Below, one piece after another: positions 1-10,154 of a stretch of DNA of 64,000 nucleotides. The notes below the pieces were generated by a model. That model searched no databases. It was given only the letters and a program-made list of their open reading frames with translations, and was not told the DNA's origin. Each line of letters starts with the position of its first letter. Within the stretch, counting starts at the first letter, position 1. The translations under genes were made by a program, and so were the position numbers. The stretch is from Anthoceros angustus. Lineage: Eukaryota; Plantae; Anthocerotophyta. Location of the stretch: the NCBI GenBank assembly GCA_010909165.1, contig MU008180.1, positions 991,884 to 1,055,883 on the forward strand. The letters are read 5' to 3'.

Positions 1-532
1 CGCTCTGTGCGGTGCAGCTCGAAGGGAGGATCATCCCTGTCGAACCGTAAATACTCATCCGAGCTCATTGTCCCCATGGTATACACCGGCGGATGTTGCA
101 ACATAACCAGCGTGTCCTCGCACTGTTGTTCCCCTTGGCTCAGCGCGGCACAGCGGGCATCAACCAGTGACTTCTGCCATCTCCAGGCCTCAACATACGG
201 CACCAGCTGATCGAACATGTCGTAGCACTGGCACCTGACGGCATCACAGAACTCCCGCCTGTAAGCACGGCCTCATCCCCGCCATAACAAACAAGCAGCT
301 GCCGCAACAAACCTGCGCTGCACCTGCAGATGCAGATCCGGCGTCTTCATCCGTGCCGGACGAGCTGTGCGCTCTACCTGAAACACACAAAATAAAATTG
401 TGTGGCGAAAACAACAACGATTGTGTAAAGGCGAGGCGAGGCGCGGAAGAGGAGAATTACAGAGAGATCGGAGTCCCGGCTGAGGGAGCATCGCAGGAGC
501 AGAGAAGGCCGGCAAGCTGCAGCAGCCGCCAT
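1..532 (-). CDS. LIP2p: Plastidial octanoyltransferase (LipB/LIP2p family), 5' part; the gene runs off the left edge of the window
   Basis: The spliced minus-strand reading gives MAAAAACRPSLLLRCSLS (transit-peptide-like) ... RRCQCYDMFDQLVPYVEAWRWQKSLV ... DTLVMLQHPPVYTMGT ... PFELHRTER, the LipB N-terminal motifs. GT-AG introns start at 460 and about 312. Confidence 0.85.
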
Positions 533-976
533 GGACGCGCATGGACGCCGATTCTGCGATTTCGATTTGTTTGGGTGGTATCCCTCGAAGGAGCCTGGCG
601 AGCATAGAACAAGAGCAGGGCGGGAGGGTAGGGAGGGCCGGGCCGAGGCTGGCCGGCTCGGGGCTGGCCAGGCCTCTTTCTATGCTCAAGCGGCTCTTTT
701 TCCAGCAGGGAAAGTCGACTTTTGGGAGTTTGGGAATATTTTCAAACTTAAAGTAATGGAGAAAACGTAAGGAAGGGCAGGCTGAGCGAGCGAACGCCGC
801 CTGATTCGAGTCCCTCGGATCTCCGTCCCTCCCTGTGGCATCCGTGCCCAGTGAAATGCACGAAAGCAGAGCCAGGCCAGCCAGGATCGACAGCCTTTGA
901 CGGTGGACCAGATCAGGGGAAAAGGGAGGGACTGCGCGCCCGTGCATCATCAGCAGCTTCAAATTATATCACGGGC

Positions 977-2812
977 ATGGGCTGGGCGAGGCTGAGGGCA
1001 GCAGCAGGCAGCGATGCAGCGGCAGCAGATGCCATGGATGGGAACCCTAGTCGCGGGAGCTGCTACGGGGTTGGGTGCAGGGGCCTGCTGAGGCGGATCA
1101 GGGGCACAGGTTTCAGGTCTCGCGCAATTGGATCCCGGTAGGGGTTTCCGGTGCTGTGCCTGGGGGCACGCCAGTGTGCAGGATATATTGCCCTCTTTTC
1201 ACTGCTCGGAAGCTAGTCAGAAATGCCATAACATTTGTCATTGAAAATGTGTCAGGTGCGTTTCTGTGCCTCTGCGTATGTGTATATGAGTGTGCGAGTG
1301 TATGTATGTATTCGTTCCGTGTGCTGAGAGCTGTGGTTTGAGCTGAAGGACATTGGCTTTGCACTTCAGGGCAGTTGAGAAGCAGTGTGACTGTGATAGC
1401 GACGAGGCTGTGGGATGTTTTGGTGACGCTCTTGTCATTGGGTGTTTGGTGGCAGGTAAAAAGCCGATCATCCAAAGAATTTTATTTTGGAGTGGGAATC
1501 AGTGTGGGCTTTGTAGTTGCTGTATTAGGCTGCTGGGGCCTTCATCTTCTGTGGAAGTTTTGGTTAAGAGGGAAGGGATCTGACTACATTGCCTCGTTCG
1601 ACCCTGAAACTTCAGTTTTAGGATCTACAACAAGGTTTTCCTTTGTGGAGCTCCAAACTGCTACCAACCACTTTCGGGAGAAGCTGGGTGCTGGGGGATT
1701 TGGAGCAGTGTACAAGGGAGTGCTGCAGGATCAGACAGTTGTTGCAGTGAAGCAACTTGAGAGGAAAGGTCAAGGCGAGAAGGAGTTCCGGGCAGAAGTT
1801 GCCACTATAGGGAACACTCATCACAAGAATCTGGCACGTCTTTATGGCTTCTGCTCGGAGGGAGCCCATAGGCTTTTGGTGTATGAGTACCTCTCAAAGG
1901 GCTCCCTGGACAGATATCTGCTAAGATGGAGTGATGAGGAAGAGATCGAGTTCAATCGTCCACTTCTGAATTGGGGGACCCGATTTAATGTGGCGTTGGG
2001 GATAGCTCAAGGTCTGGCATACCTGCACGAGGAGTGCCGGGAATGCATCATTCACTGTGATATCAAACCGGAAAACATTCTGCTTGACGACCGGTATTGT
2101 GCTAAAGTTTCCGACTTTGGTCTTGCCAAGCTGCTGACACAAGATGAGACGCGAGCCATCACAGCTGTAAGGGGAACGTGGGGTTACTTGGCCCCTGAAT
2201 GGCTTGCCGACTCACCTCTCACTGTTAAAGCTGATGTCTTCAGTTTTGGGAAGGTTTGTATTAATTGCCCTTCTGCATTTGTGGCATACCAATGATGAGA
2301 GGTAGATAAGCCACTGTTCTATGAGATGAGAAGTGTATGTGTTTTTTTTTTTTTTTAAACTTATGGCATTATTTTTGATACGGGGTCTTTCTTTGTTTTT
2401 GTTTCGTTTCGTTGGTACACAGGTGCTGCTAGAAATTATAGCTGGACGCAGGAATTGTGAAATATATGTAACGACGGACAAGCAGAATTGCTCTGGCCTG
2501 GTATGGCTTCAAATTGCTGGAAGTTGGTATGTGAATGTGATGGATGACCGGCTCCAGGGTGATTTTGACGTAGAGCAGGCGGAGAGAGCAACTCGCGTTG
2601 GATTCTGGTGCATCCAGGACGACCCTGATCTGCGTCCTGCCATGGGGAAGGTTGTTAGGATGCTAGAGGGAGTGGTTGAAGTGTTAGCACCTCCCATTCC
2701 CAAAACAGTGAAGGAGTATGATCCTGAACTGACCGCATCAAATCAACCCACTCCCCTCAGGGAAATCATGCCACTGATTTCCACCAGCAAAGAGTTAAGA
2801 AGTCTGGTGTAG
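977..2812 (+). CDS. SD-2b/G-lectin-family receptor-like Ser/Thr kinase with intact catalytic motifs but no lectin ectodomain
   Basis: Exon to 2253 carries a TM segment (FYFGVGISVGFVVAVLGCWGL) and motifs RFSFVELQTAT, LGAGGFGAVYKG, VAVK, EFRAEV, HCDIKPEN, DFG, GYLAPE. Intron 2254-2422 joins to VLLEIIAGRRN...RPAMGKVVRMLEG, stop at 2812. The kinase exon contains no ATG; the start at 977 with introns 1138-1220 and 1256-1369 is my best in-frame model and is uncertain. Confidence 0.85.
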
Positions 2813-5610
2813 CTTTTTGATTTATTCTTTTTCTTTCTTTCTTTTCTCCTCCTTCCCTCCAGTATGGTGCGAACTGTGTACCTATCTAGGCTGTTGCAGC
2901 TTGCAAGCTGTTGAGAGTGAGGCGCAGGTTTCAAATGCCTGGACGCATGTTGAAGAAAGTGGTTTTGCTGGAGGCCAGCTGTCAAGAGCTTATGTGGTAC
3001 GAAGCTGGACGCTGAACTCACATAAGCTCTTGACAGACTAGTGTTGTATTTATGGAAGTAATCTGATTCACTGTGTTGCCAGGTACAACCTATGTACATA
3101 GATGGCAGACGGGTAACATACATACGTATGTAGTAGTAGCGTAGGCTGTGAGGCAAGTTTGTTGGTGGTGGTTGAAGAAGTGTGACGAGCCCGTGTCCCC
3201 TGCTGCTCTGCCGCTGGGGTAGAGGCTGTCGTTGCCGCAGTTAACCGGTTACGGTCTCGCTGGCACGGGATGACGCTATCTCCGGCCTGCAGCTGCTGTT
3301 TTTTTCTCCTGGTAGCTCCGCTGCGAGAGGTGGTGACTGGTGCGGTGAGGACGGCAGTGTTGGGTGCGTTTCGCTTGGAGCGTAGCGTTCAACTCCTGAC
3401 ATGTCACAGGCGTGAGGTGATGCGAGCAGGGATGGCACCCAGTATGTGTACCGAGCAGTTCATCTGACATGTTTCATACATATGTACATATATGCAGCCA
3501 GCAGAAGGTAATCTGCATGCATACATGCCACCATGTCGAGAGAGCGAAAGGATGGGAGCCCTCTTTACGCCCAGCGGGGAAGGGAGGCTGGGCCGTACAG
3601 GGCAGCGGCACAAAGAGCAAGGAACAAGGAACAGGGAGTGGAGTGCGCATGAAAACACGGGAAGAGATTTGGGTGGATGTCTCTCACGGCACACGGACAT
3701 CTGCAATGGCAGTGTACGGCCCACCCTAGTTAAGGGCGTGGGCGGATCCCCATGAGCCATCGCCCAGGGCAGGCCATGGCGTATGGCCCAGATGGAGTCC
3801 CAGAAGAGGCGCAACAGTCTGCGGCCCTGCGGCACCATGTGGCGGTGCTAGCGCGCTCCAGATATACTGCGCACATGCGATGACGCCCGAGGAGACCAAG
3901 TCAAGGACCGGGAGCCGGGAATCTGCAGCGCCCTGCCTGCTTCGACCGACCCTGCGAGTCGGGCGACGCTGCTCTTTCCAGGTCCCCACCTCCTGCCATA
4001 TCCAGTCTATCGCCTCCTGCTGAAAGGGCCGCTGCGGAGTCTGGAGCCCGGGGTCCGGGGCCGGCTCTGCTCGGCTGGCGCCTGTAGCCGACGGCTTGGG
4101 TGTCCAGTGTGGAATGTCCACTTGCGTGCCTGTGTGAATCCGGCATGGATGAGTTGACCCCAGGAATCAGCCCGGCGTCATCACCCTGATCCCATCGCAG
4201 GAGCTTGGTCTGCCTTGCAAGGATGCCCTCAAGCTGAAGCTGCAGCCCGGTGAGACCCACAAAGACCCAGTTGAACCAGCAGTCAAGCCGGTCCACAGCT
4301 TTGGTGTTTGGGAAACAGGGTTACGGGTGAGCTTATGCTGTGGGATGCTATCTACGGCGGAGCCCATGGCTGCACGATGCGCCGAGAGCATCGGGTCCTC
4401 CGAGAGAGGACAAATTCGGCACAGTTTCTGGTGATGGCAGCTGGGGAAGGTAAGTGAGCTGGATTCGTGCGTGGCCCCACGCTCGGGCCTGTATTAGGTG
4501 TTTGGGCCGGCCTAGGGTTTGTGATGTGTGTCCACATTCCACATATGTACACTAGAAGGAGGAGTGGATTGCAGTCCACTTGGACGGCTTTTTCCCGGTC
4601 ATAGTAGTAGCCACATGGGCACTTGGGTGAGTCAAGGACATCCAAAACCTATTCACGGACTTCGAACTCGAAGCAGGGAAAAGAAAGGGGGGAAAGAGGG
4701 GGGAACGTTTCCAAGGACGGCACCAGGCTGTCGCCTTTACGCACCTACCTAACCTCAGGGTGCGCGGTAGCTTTGGTGTTAAAAGCGGGAAGCGGCAAGC
4801 GGGCAGCGGGCAGCGGGCAGCCAGCCCAGCCAGCCCACCGCGTTGCAAACAGCACGAACCGCGTCTCGCGTCTTCCGCTAGGGTTGAGTTGACAAGCCAC
4901 ATCTCTAGAGCGGGTCGGGCCGGGTCCTGTCGGGTCGGGTCAGGTCGGCTCTCGTTCTTCCTTCCCGGCTGCAGCCAGCTCGCCCAGGGCGGGCGCCTTC
5001 CGCGTCTCTTCCCCGCCTCCAAGGTTGACGAAATTCCCTTGCGCGGCGGGCGCCGGGACTGCTGGACTGCTGGACTGCTGGGCCTGGGCAGGAGGACGGA
5101 TAGATCCATGGCCTCCCGCCCGCTACCTGCCGTTTCATTCCTTCCTCCCTCCCATTTCCTTTCCCACTGCCATCCCATCCCATCCCACCCCATCCCATCC
5201 CCGCCCCCGTTCCCATCCCGCCTGCTCTTCCCCTGACGTGCTTCCCGAGATCTTCTTGACCTGGACCCGTCCAGACTCTCTCTCGACCGACCAGACTGCG
5301 GTGCTCTACGCGCCGACAGCATGACGGGGATGCGCAATTCCGCACGCCTCAGGAGGTGCAATTAATGCAGGCCCTTGCTCCCTTCTTCTTCCACGCCTTC
5401 TTTCGCACGGAGCTGGAGGTGGAGGAGGAAATGGTTGTGGTGAAGCGGGCGGGAATTATGGCGGATTGATTCATCGTTGGAGAGGAGGCAGGCATCTTCG
5501 ATTCCGCTCAACTTCTGCGCTTTCCTTGGACTCCACTTGGGCGCGGCGCATTGCATCCGTTCCATTCCTTTCCCCCCATCCCTTTCCTTTCCTCTGCTGC
5601 TGAGTATGAG

Positions 5611-8600
5611 ATGAGGGCCGCGGCGCTGGGGATCGTCCTCTTGTGGCTGGCGCTGTGCAGCGCGCAGCAGCAGCCGCAGCCGCAGCCGCAGCCGCAGCCG
5701 CAGCAGAGGTTCCGCATCTCGCTCAACGCAACCCTATCGCCGGGGCAGCCGGGATGGCTGTCCGGGAACGGGACCTTCGAGCTGGGCTTCTTCCCGGTGT
5801 CCCCGTCGTCGTATGTGCTGGGGATGTGGTACGCGGGCTTGGGCGGCGCCGGGCGGGGGGCCGTGCCGCTCACGGTGGTGTGGGCGGCCAATCGGAACAG
5901 CTCGGTCGGGGAGGGCGCGCTCCTGCGCTTCCAGCAGGGGAATCTGAGGCTGTTTAGTAGCCAAGAGGCAGGGAGCGTGGTGTGGGAGAGCAACACGACC
6001 GGGGACGGCGTGGTGGAGGCCAGGTTTCTGCAGTCCGGGAACCTGCAGCTGCTGAACGCGAGCTCGGGGGTGGTGTGGGAGAGCTTCGATTTTCCCACGG
6101 ACACTCTGCTGCCGGGCCAGGCGCTGCCCAGGCGGAACACGCTGCGGGCGTGGCTGGCCGCGCAGGACATCCTCCTCCTCCCCAATTCCTCCTTCTCCCT
6201 CCCCGACGTCCCCTTCGCGGCATCCAACGCCTCGGCCGGGTACGGGAGCCCCGCCCCGGGGCTCTACTCCGCCGTGCTGCGATCCGACGGCGGGTTCGCC
6301 ATCTCCTGGAACTACTCCGCCCCCTTCTTCCTCTCCCCCGGCGCGGACCAGGCCAATGTGAGCGTGTTCCGGAACGCCTCCCGCGGCTCCAAGCTCACGC
6401 CGCTCTACGCCGTCCTGGACGCGGGGGGGAGGTTCGCGCTGGTGGACAAGAACTCGAGGGACGTCTTCTCCTGGCAGGGCAGCGATGCCGGGAGCGGGGG
6501 CTCGGTTTTGCGCAGGATGACGCTGGACGTGGACGGGAACTTCAAAATGTGGAGCTGGTCCTTGCAGAGTAGAGCTTGGAGGGTGGTGTGGGAGGCGGTG
6601 GAGGAGCCTTGCCGGGTGTACGGAGTGTGCGGGACGAACGGGCTGTGCAGCGCGGGGAAGGCCGGGGAACCCGTCTGCTCCTGCCCACCAGGCCTGCAGG
6701 CGGAGGCCTTCTCCACGGACGCGCCCTGCAGGGCCCCGGTGCCGGCTTCATCTTGCGGGAGTGGGAGTGGGAGTGGCAGCAACGACAGCAGCTTCAGCGA
6801 GGGAGTGGGGGCAGAGTTCCTGGGTGGTAGCAGCTTTTCCGCCTTCAACGCCTCCTCCGCCGATGCGTGCAAGGATGTGTGCATCCGGAACTGCTCCTGC
6901 GCGGCTGTCATGTTCTCCAATGCCTCGCTGGTTTCGAAATGCGAGCTCTACTCCTCCGCCCTGCTCGGGACTGTGGCGAGCTCCGCGTCCACCATCTTCT
7001 TCAAGGTAGGGCAGCTGGATGGCCCGGTCCCGCTCCCAGTGCCTTCCCCGGTCCCGCCTCCGGTGGAGGGAGCAGGGGGGAAGCACCACGGGAAGAAGTG
7101 GAAGGTGGCAGCGATCGCGATCGGGTCCAGCGCGGCGGTGCTGGCGCTGCTCATCCTGGTGCTCACGTGCTACTGCTGCTGCCTGAAGAAGAGGAAGGTG
7201 AAGGTGGTGAGCTCCGAGTCCAAGTCCGGGACCCCGCTCAGGCCGGCGGCCAGGCAGGGGGGCGGGGAGCACGTGAGCGCAAGGCCCTGGACGTACAAGG
7301 AGCTGCGGCGGGCGACCAAGAGCTTCGACCAGCCGCTCGGGGACGGCAGGTTCAGGCCGCTCTTCAAGGGAGTGCTGCCCGACGGGACGGTGGTGGCGGT
7401 GCGGATTCTGAGGAAGCCGGTGCCTGTGGATCCAGTCGGGGAGGCGCACCTCTCGGAGAGGAGGCTGAATGCGGCGGCGTCGGCTGCGGCGGCAGCCTCC
7501 GAGAGCGAGACTCTGGCGTCCGGGATGAGGGCGCCCAGGAATTCCGTGGAGACGGGGAGCGGGCCGGTGCTCAGGGCGCAGGCCTCGGATGCGTCGGCCA
7601 TTCTGGCTTTGAAGCGGTCGGAGGACGAGAAGGTGCTGCTGCCCCGGGAGATTGTGCGGAGCTCCAGCCAGGACGCGGCGTATCTGGCAGCCCTGGGGTC
7701 CAGGGCTTCCAGCGGCAAGGCCAGGAGGTTCAAGTCGAGGTCGCTGGGGCTGGGGCTGGGGGTGGCCAGGCAGATCAGTGCCGGGTTCGGGTTCGCGACT
7801 CCCGGGTTCGAGTCGACCACCACGGCGAGGTATGTGGGGGGTAATCCCAGGATGGATGTGGATTCCGACGACTCCAAGGAGTTTCCGAGTACGTTGGGGA
7901 ACAACTCCGCTGCCAGGAGCGGGGCTTTCGGCTCCTTCTTTACTGGTTTGGCTCCTGAGGAGATCAGGTATTCGGTTCCGAGCCAGAAGCCGTCCAGCAG
8001 GAGAGTGCCCTATTCCGGGGAGCTGCGGACTAGCCAGGAGTTGGGGTTGAGCGGGGTTTTGTCCAGGAATGCGTCTGTGAATCTGCCTCCGGATACTGTC
8101 TTGTTCGAGAGTACTGTGTTTCATGGGGATGAGGAGCAGCAGTTTCGGGGGAGGGTGGAGGAGCTGGGGCATGTGAATCACGTGAATCTGGTGAGGCTGG
8201 TGGGCTTCTGTATCGAGGGGAGGAGGAGGTTGGTGGTGTACAATTTCGTGGAGAATGGGTCTATTGCCAAGTTTCTGTTTCAGAGGAAGTCGTCGTACAA
8301 CCTCATGGATTGGTCCACTCGGTTTGATATCGCTCTGGGGGCTGCGAATGGGATTGCTCACCTGCACGAGCAGTGTCGGCCCGGCATCATTCATGGTGAC
8401 ATTCGGCCTGAGAGTATCGTTTTGGATGGGCAGTTTAAGGCTCGGGTCACTGATTTCGGGCTCATTCAGCTCATTCTGGGGAACGACAGGGAACGGATCA
8501 TCTCGTACATGCAGGGCAGGCATCCTTACTTGGCGCCGGAGTGGGCTGCCGGCTTGCCCATTACTTTAAAGGTGGATGTGTACAGCTTCGGGCTTGTTTT

Positions 8601-8985
8601 GCTGGAGATTGTGAGTGGGCGGAGGAGCTTTGATCCGTCTGTGGAAGGGGAGCAGTGGAACTTTCCGGCATGGGCATACCAGCAGTTGGAGGCATCCAAC
8701 TTCGGGTCTTTGGCGGATGAAAACTTGGGTGTGCTTTTTGACCAGGATCAGTTGGTTAGAGTTGTTCGAACTGCCTTCTGGTGTCTTCAGGATGAAGCGG
8801 AGATGAGGCCGTCCATGCCGGTGGTGGTGCTCATGCTGGAAGGCGGGGCAAGGATTCCCTTGCCTGTGCCTCCTCCTCGGCTTATTCAGGGTTTGAGGAT
8901 AGAGTCTGTGCCTTCAAATATCGCCACCGATGCAAGGAAGTTGGTGTCCTTGGAGAGCGACGGCGAAGATGGTTTGGAGGGATGA
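5611..8985 (+). CDS. G-type lectin S-domain receptor-like protein (B-lectin, S-locus, EGF, PAN, TM) with a pseudokinase domain and a large internal insertion
   Basis: Single ORF. Signal peptide MRAAALGIVLLWLALCSA; B-lectin motifs GTFELGFF, VVWAANR, WESFDFPTDTLLPGQ; RRMTLDVDGNF; EGF CRVYGVCGTNGLC..CSCPPG; PAN CKDVCIRNCSC; TM followed by CYCCC; kinase subdomains I-II and III-XI separated by about 230-240 aa. Confidence 0.92.
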   Translation: MRAAALGIVLLWLALCSAQQQPQPQPQPQPQQRFRISLNATLSPGQPGWLSGNGTFELGFFPVSPSSYVLGMWYAGLGGAGRGAVPLTVVWAANRNSSVGEGALLRFQQGNLRLFSSQEAGSVVWESNTTGDGVVEARFLQSGNLQLLNASSGVVWESFDFPTDTLLPGQALPRRNTLRAWLAAQDILLLPNSSFSLPDVPFAASNASAGYGSPAPGLYSAVLRSDGGFAISWNYSAPFFLSPGADQANVSVFRNASRGSKLTPLYAVLDAGGRFALVDKNSRDVFSWQGSDAGSGGSVLRRMTLDVDGNFKMWSWSLQSRAWRVVWEAVEEPCRVYGVCGTNGLCSAGKAGEPVCSCPPGLQAEAFSTDAPCRAPVPASSCGSGSGSGSNDSSFSEGVGAEFLGGSSFSAFNASSADACKDVCIRNCSCAAVMFSNASLVSKCELYSSALLGTVASSASTIFFKVGQLDGPVPLPVPSPVPPPVEGAGGKHHGKKWKVAAIAIGSSAAVLALLILVLTCYCCCLKKRKVKVVSSESKSGTPLRPAARQGGGEHVSARPWTYKELRRATKSFDQPLGDGRFRPLFKGVLPDGTVVAVRILRKPVPVDPVGEAHLSERRLNAAASAAAAASESETLASGMRAPRNSVETGSGPVLRAQASDASAILALKRSEDEKVLLPREIVRSSSQDAAYLAALGSRASSGKARRFKSRSLGLGLGVARQISAGFGFATPGFESTTTARYVGGNPRMDVDSDDSKEFPSTLGNNSAARSGAFGSFFTGLAPEEIRYSVPSQKPSSRRVPYSGELRTSQELGLSGVLSRNASVNLPPDTVLFESTVFHGDEEQQFRGRVEELGHVNHVNLVRLVGFCIEGRRRLVVYNFVENGSIAKFLFQRKSSYNLMDWSTRFDIALGAANGIAHLHEQCRPGIIHGDIRPESIVLDGQFKARVTDFGLIQLILGNDRERIISYMQGRHPYLAPEWAAGLPITLKVDVYSFGLVLLEIVSGRRSFDPSVEGEQWNFPAWAYQQLEASNFGSLADENLGVLFDQDQLVRVVRTAFWCLQDEAEMRPSMPVVVLMLEGGARIPLPVPPPRLIQGLRIESVPSNIATDARKLVSLESDGEDGLEG
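5665..5706 (+). repeat. (CAGCCG)n microsatellite encoding QQQPQPQPQPQPQQ after the signal peptide
   Basis: cagcagcagccgcagccgcagccgcagccgcagccgcagcag is read directly in the sequence. Confidence 0.9.
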
Positions 8986-10154
8986 GACACTGTTTGTTGT
9001 AACATGAGCTGACTGACCAAACCTATTCTTGACGAAGGAGCCAGGTGCTCTGGAGCCCCTTCCTTTCCACGATCACGTCCTGGTTTTGCTCCTCTACATT
9101 GCTCAACTTTGGAGCAGAGGATTGCAGGATGTATGTAGTCATGGGGAACATTGGCCAAGCAGAAGCCGCCACACCTAACCCATGGATCTACAACCGGAAG
9201 ATAAGAAATCAAGGGCTCTCTCTTTCTTCTTACTTGATATCAAAGTCTGTTTGAAATGTCCCTCTTTGCATCGGAGAGAGGGAGAGGGGTCCAATTTATT
9301 GAAGCTGAGGGGCGGACATTCTTGTAGCCCTGTACAGTAGTGCGTCGGGCTGAAAGGACAACCAAGCCTACCACCCTTTCGAATCACGTAGCAGCTCCTC
9401 CAAAGTATTTGGCCCCATAACCTTTCCCTGCTCTGCTCTCTACCCTTGTAGCCTTGTATCCTCGGAGAACTGCAGGAATGAGCAGTCCTGATGAGGTCAG
9501 AAGAGTTCCTCCTTTGATTATTGTTCCCATAAGACTAGAGAGGCTGATCTCGGCCTCCATTGTCACACGCTATGCAGCAAAGCAGTAGGCACCTAATTTA
9601 ATCGACGTTCTTCGTGTCCACAGAGGCCTGTTATTGCCTGAGGACGTGGGTCTGACGGATTTCAGACTGCGAATGGGATAATGACTACCTGGGTATCCAC
9701 CCAGTCCATCTTCCTTTTTGTTTGTCGCTAAAACCCGCCTTTCTCCCATGAATTTCTGTTGCCCTAAAGCCTTGCCTTCGCACATTTGAATTCAAACGCG
9801 CCATCGCTCCACTCAGGTTGATGGTGCATTTTCCCGCCCGGCCTGCTTCCCGACTGCCACAAGTTGCGCGTCTTCGCTTGTCCCGACACTTCGCACACAT
9901 TTTCTGCGGCATGTTCATCGCTTGTTTCTGGAAGCTGGCAATCCAATGCCACCGATATTGCGGCGTACAATCTCAGGAACACAGTCGGAGCATTTCGGGT
10001 GACGGTGCTTGCCAGTGCCAAGAGCTTCTGACGGCGAAGAAGGCGCAATTTCGCTTGGTGTTCATGGTGGAACTGCGGCAAATATTGGACGGTTTGGATG
10101 TGTCAAGTAACGGAAACAGGTGAAATTCCCGTTGAGGTTGGGAAAGGAGTCGTC

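Noticed and set aside
3726-5361. Several minus-strand ORFs between the two kinases, including a CPCGYYYD..DCNP fragment
   Set aside because: I could not build a consistent spliced model or recognise a domain; the region is GC-rich and full of simple repeats.
6748-8523. 591-aa minus-strand ORF
   Set aside because: Antisense shadow of the GC-rich receptor-kinase CDS; no recognisable motifs.
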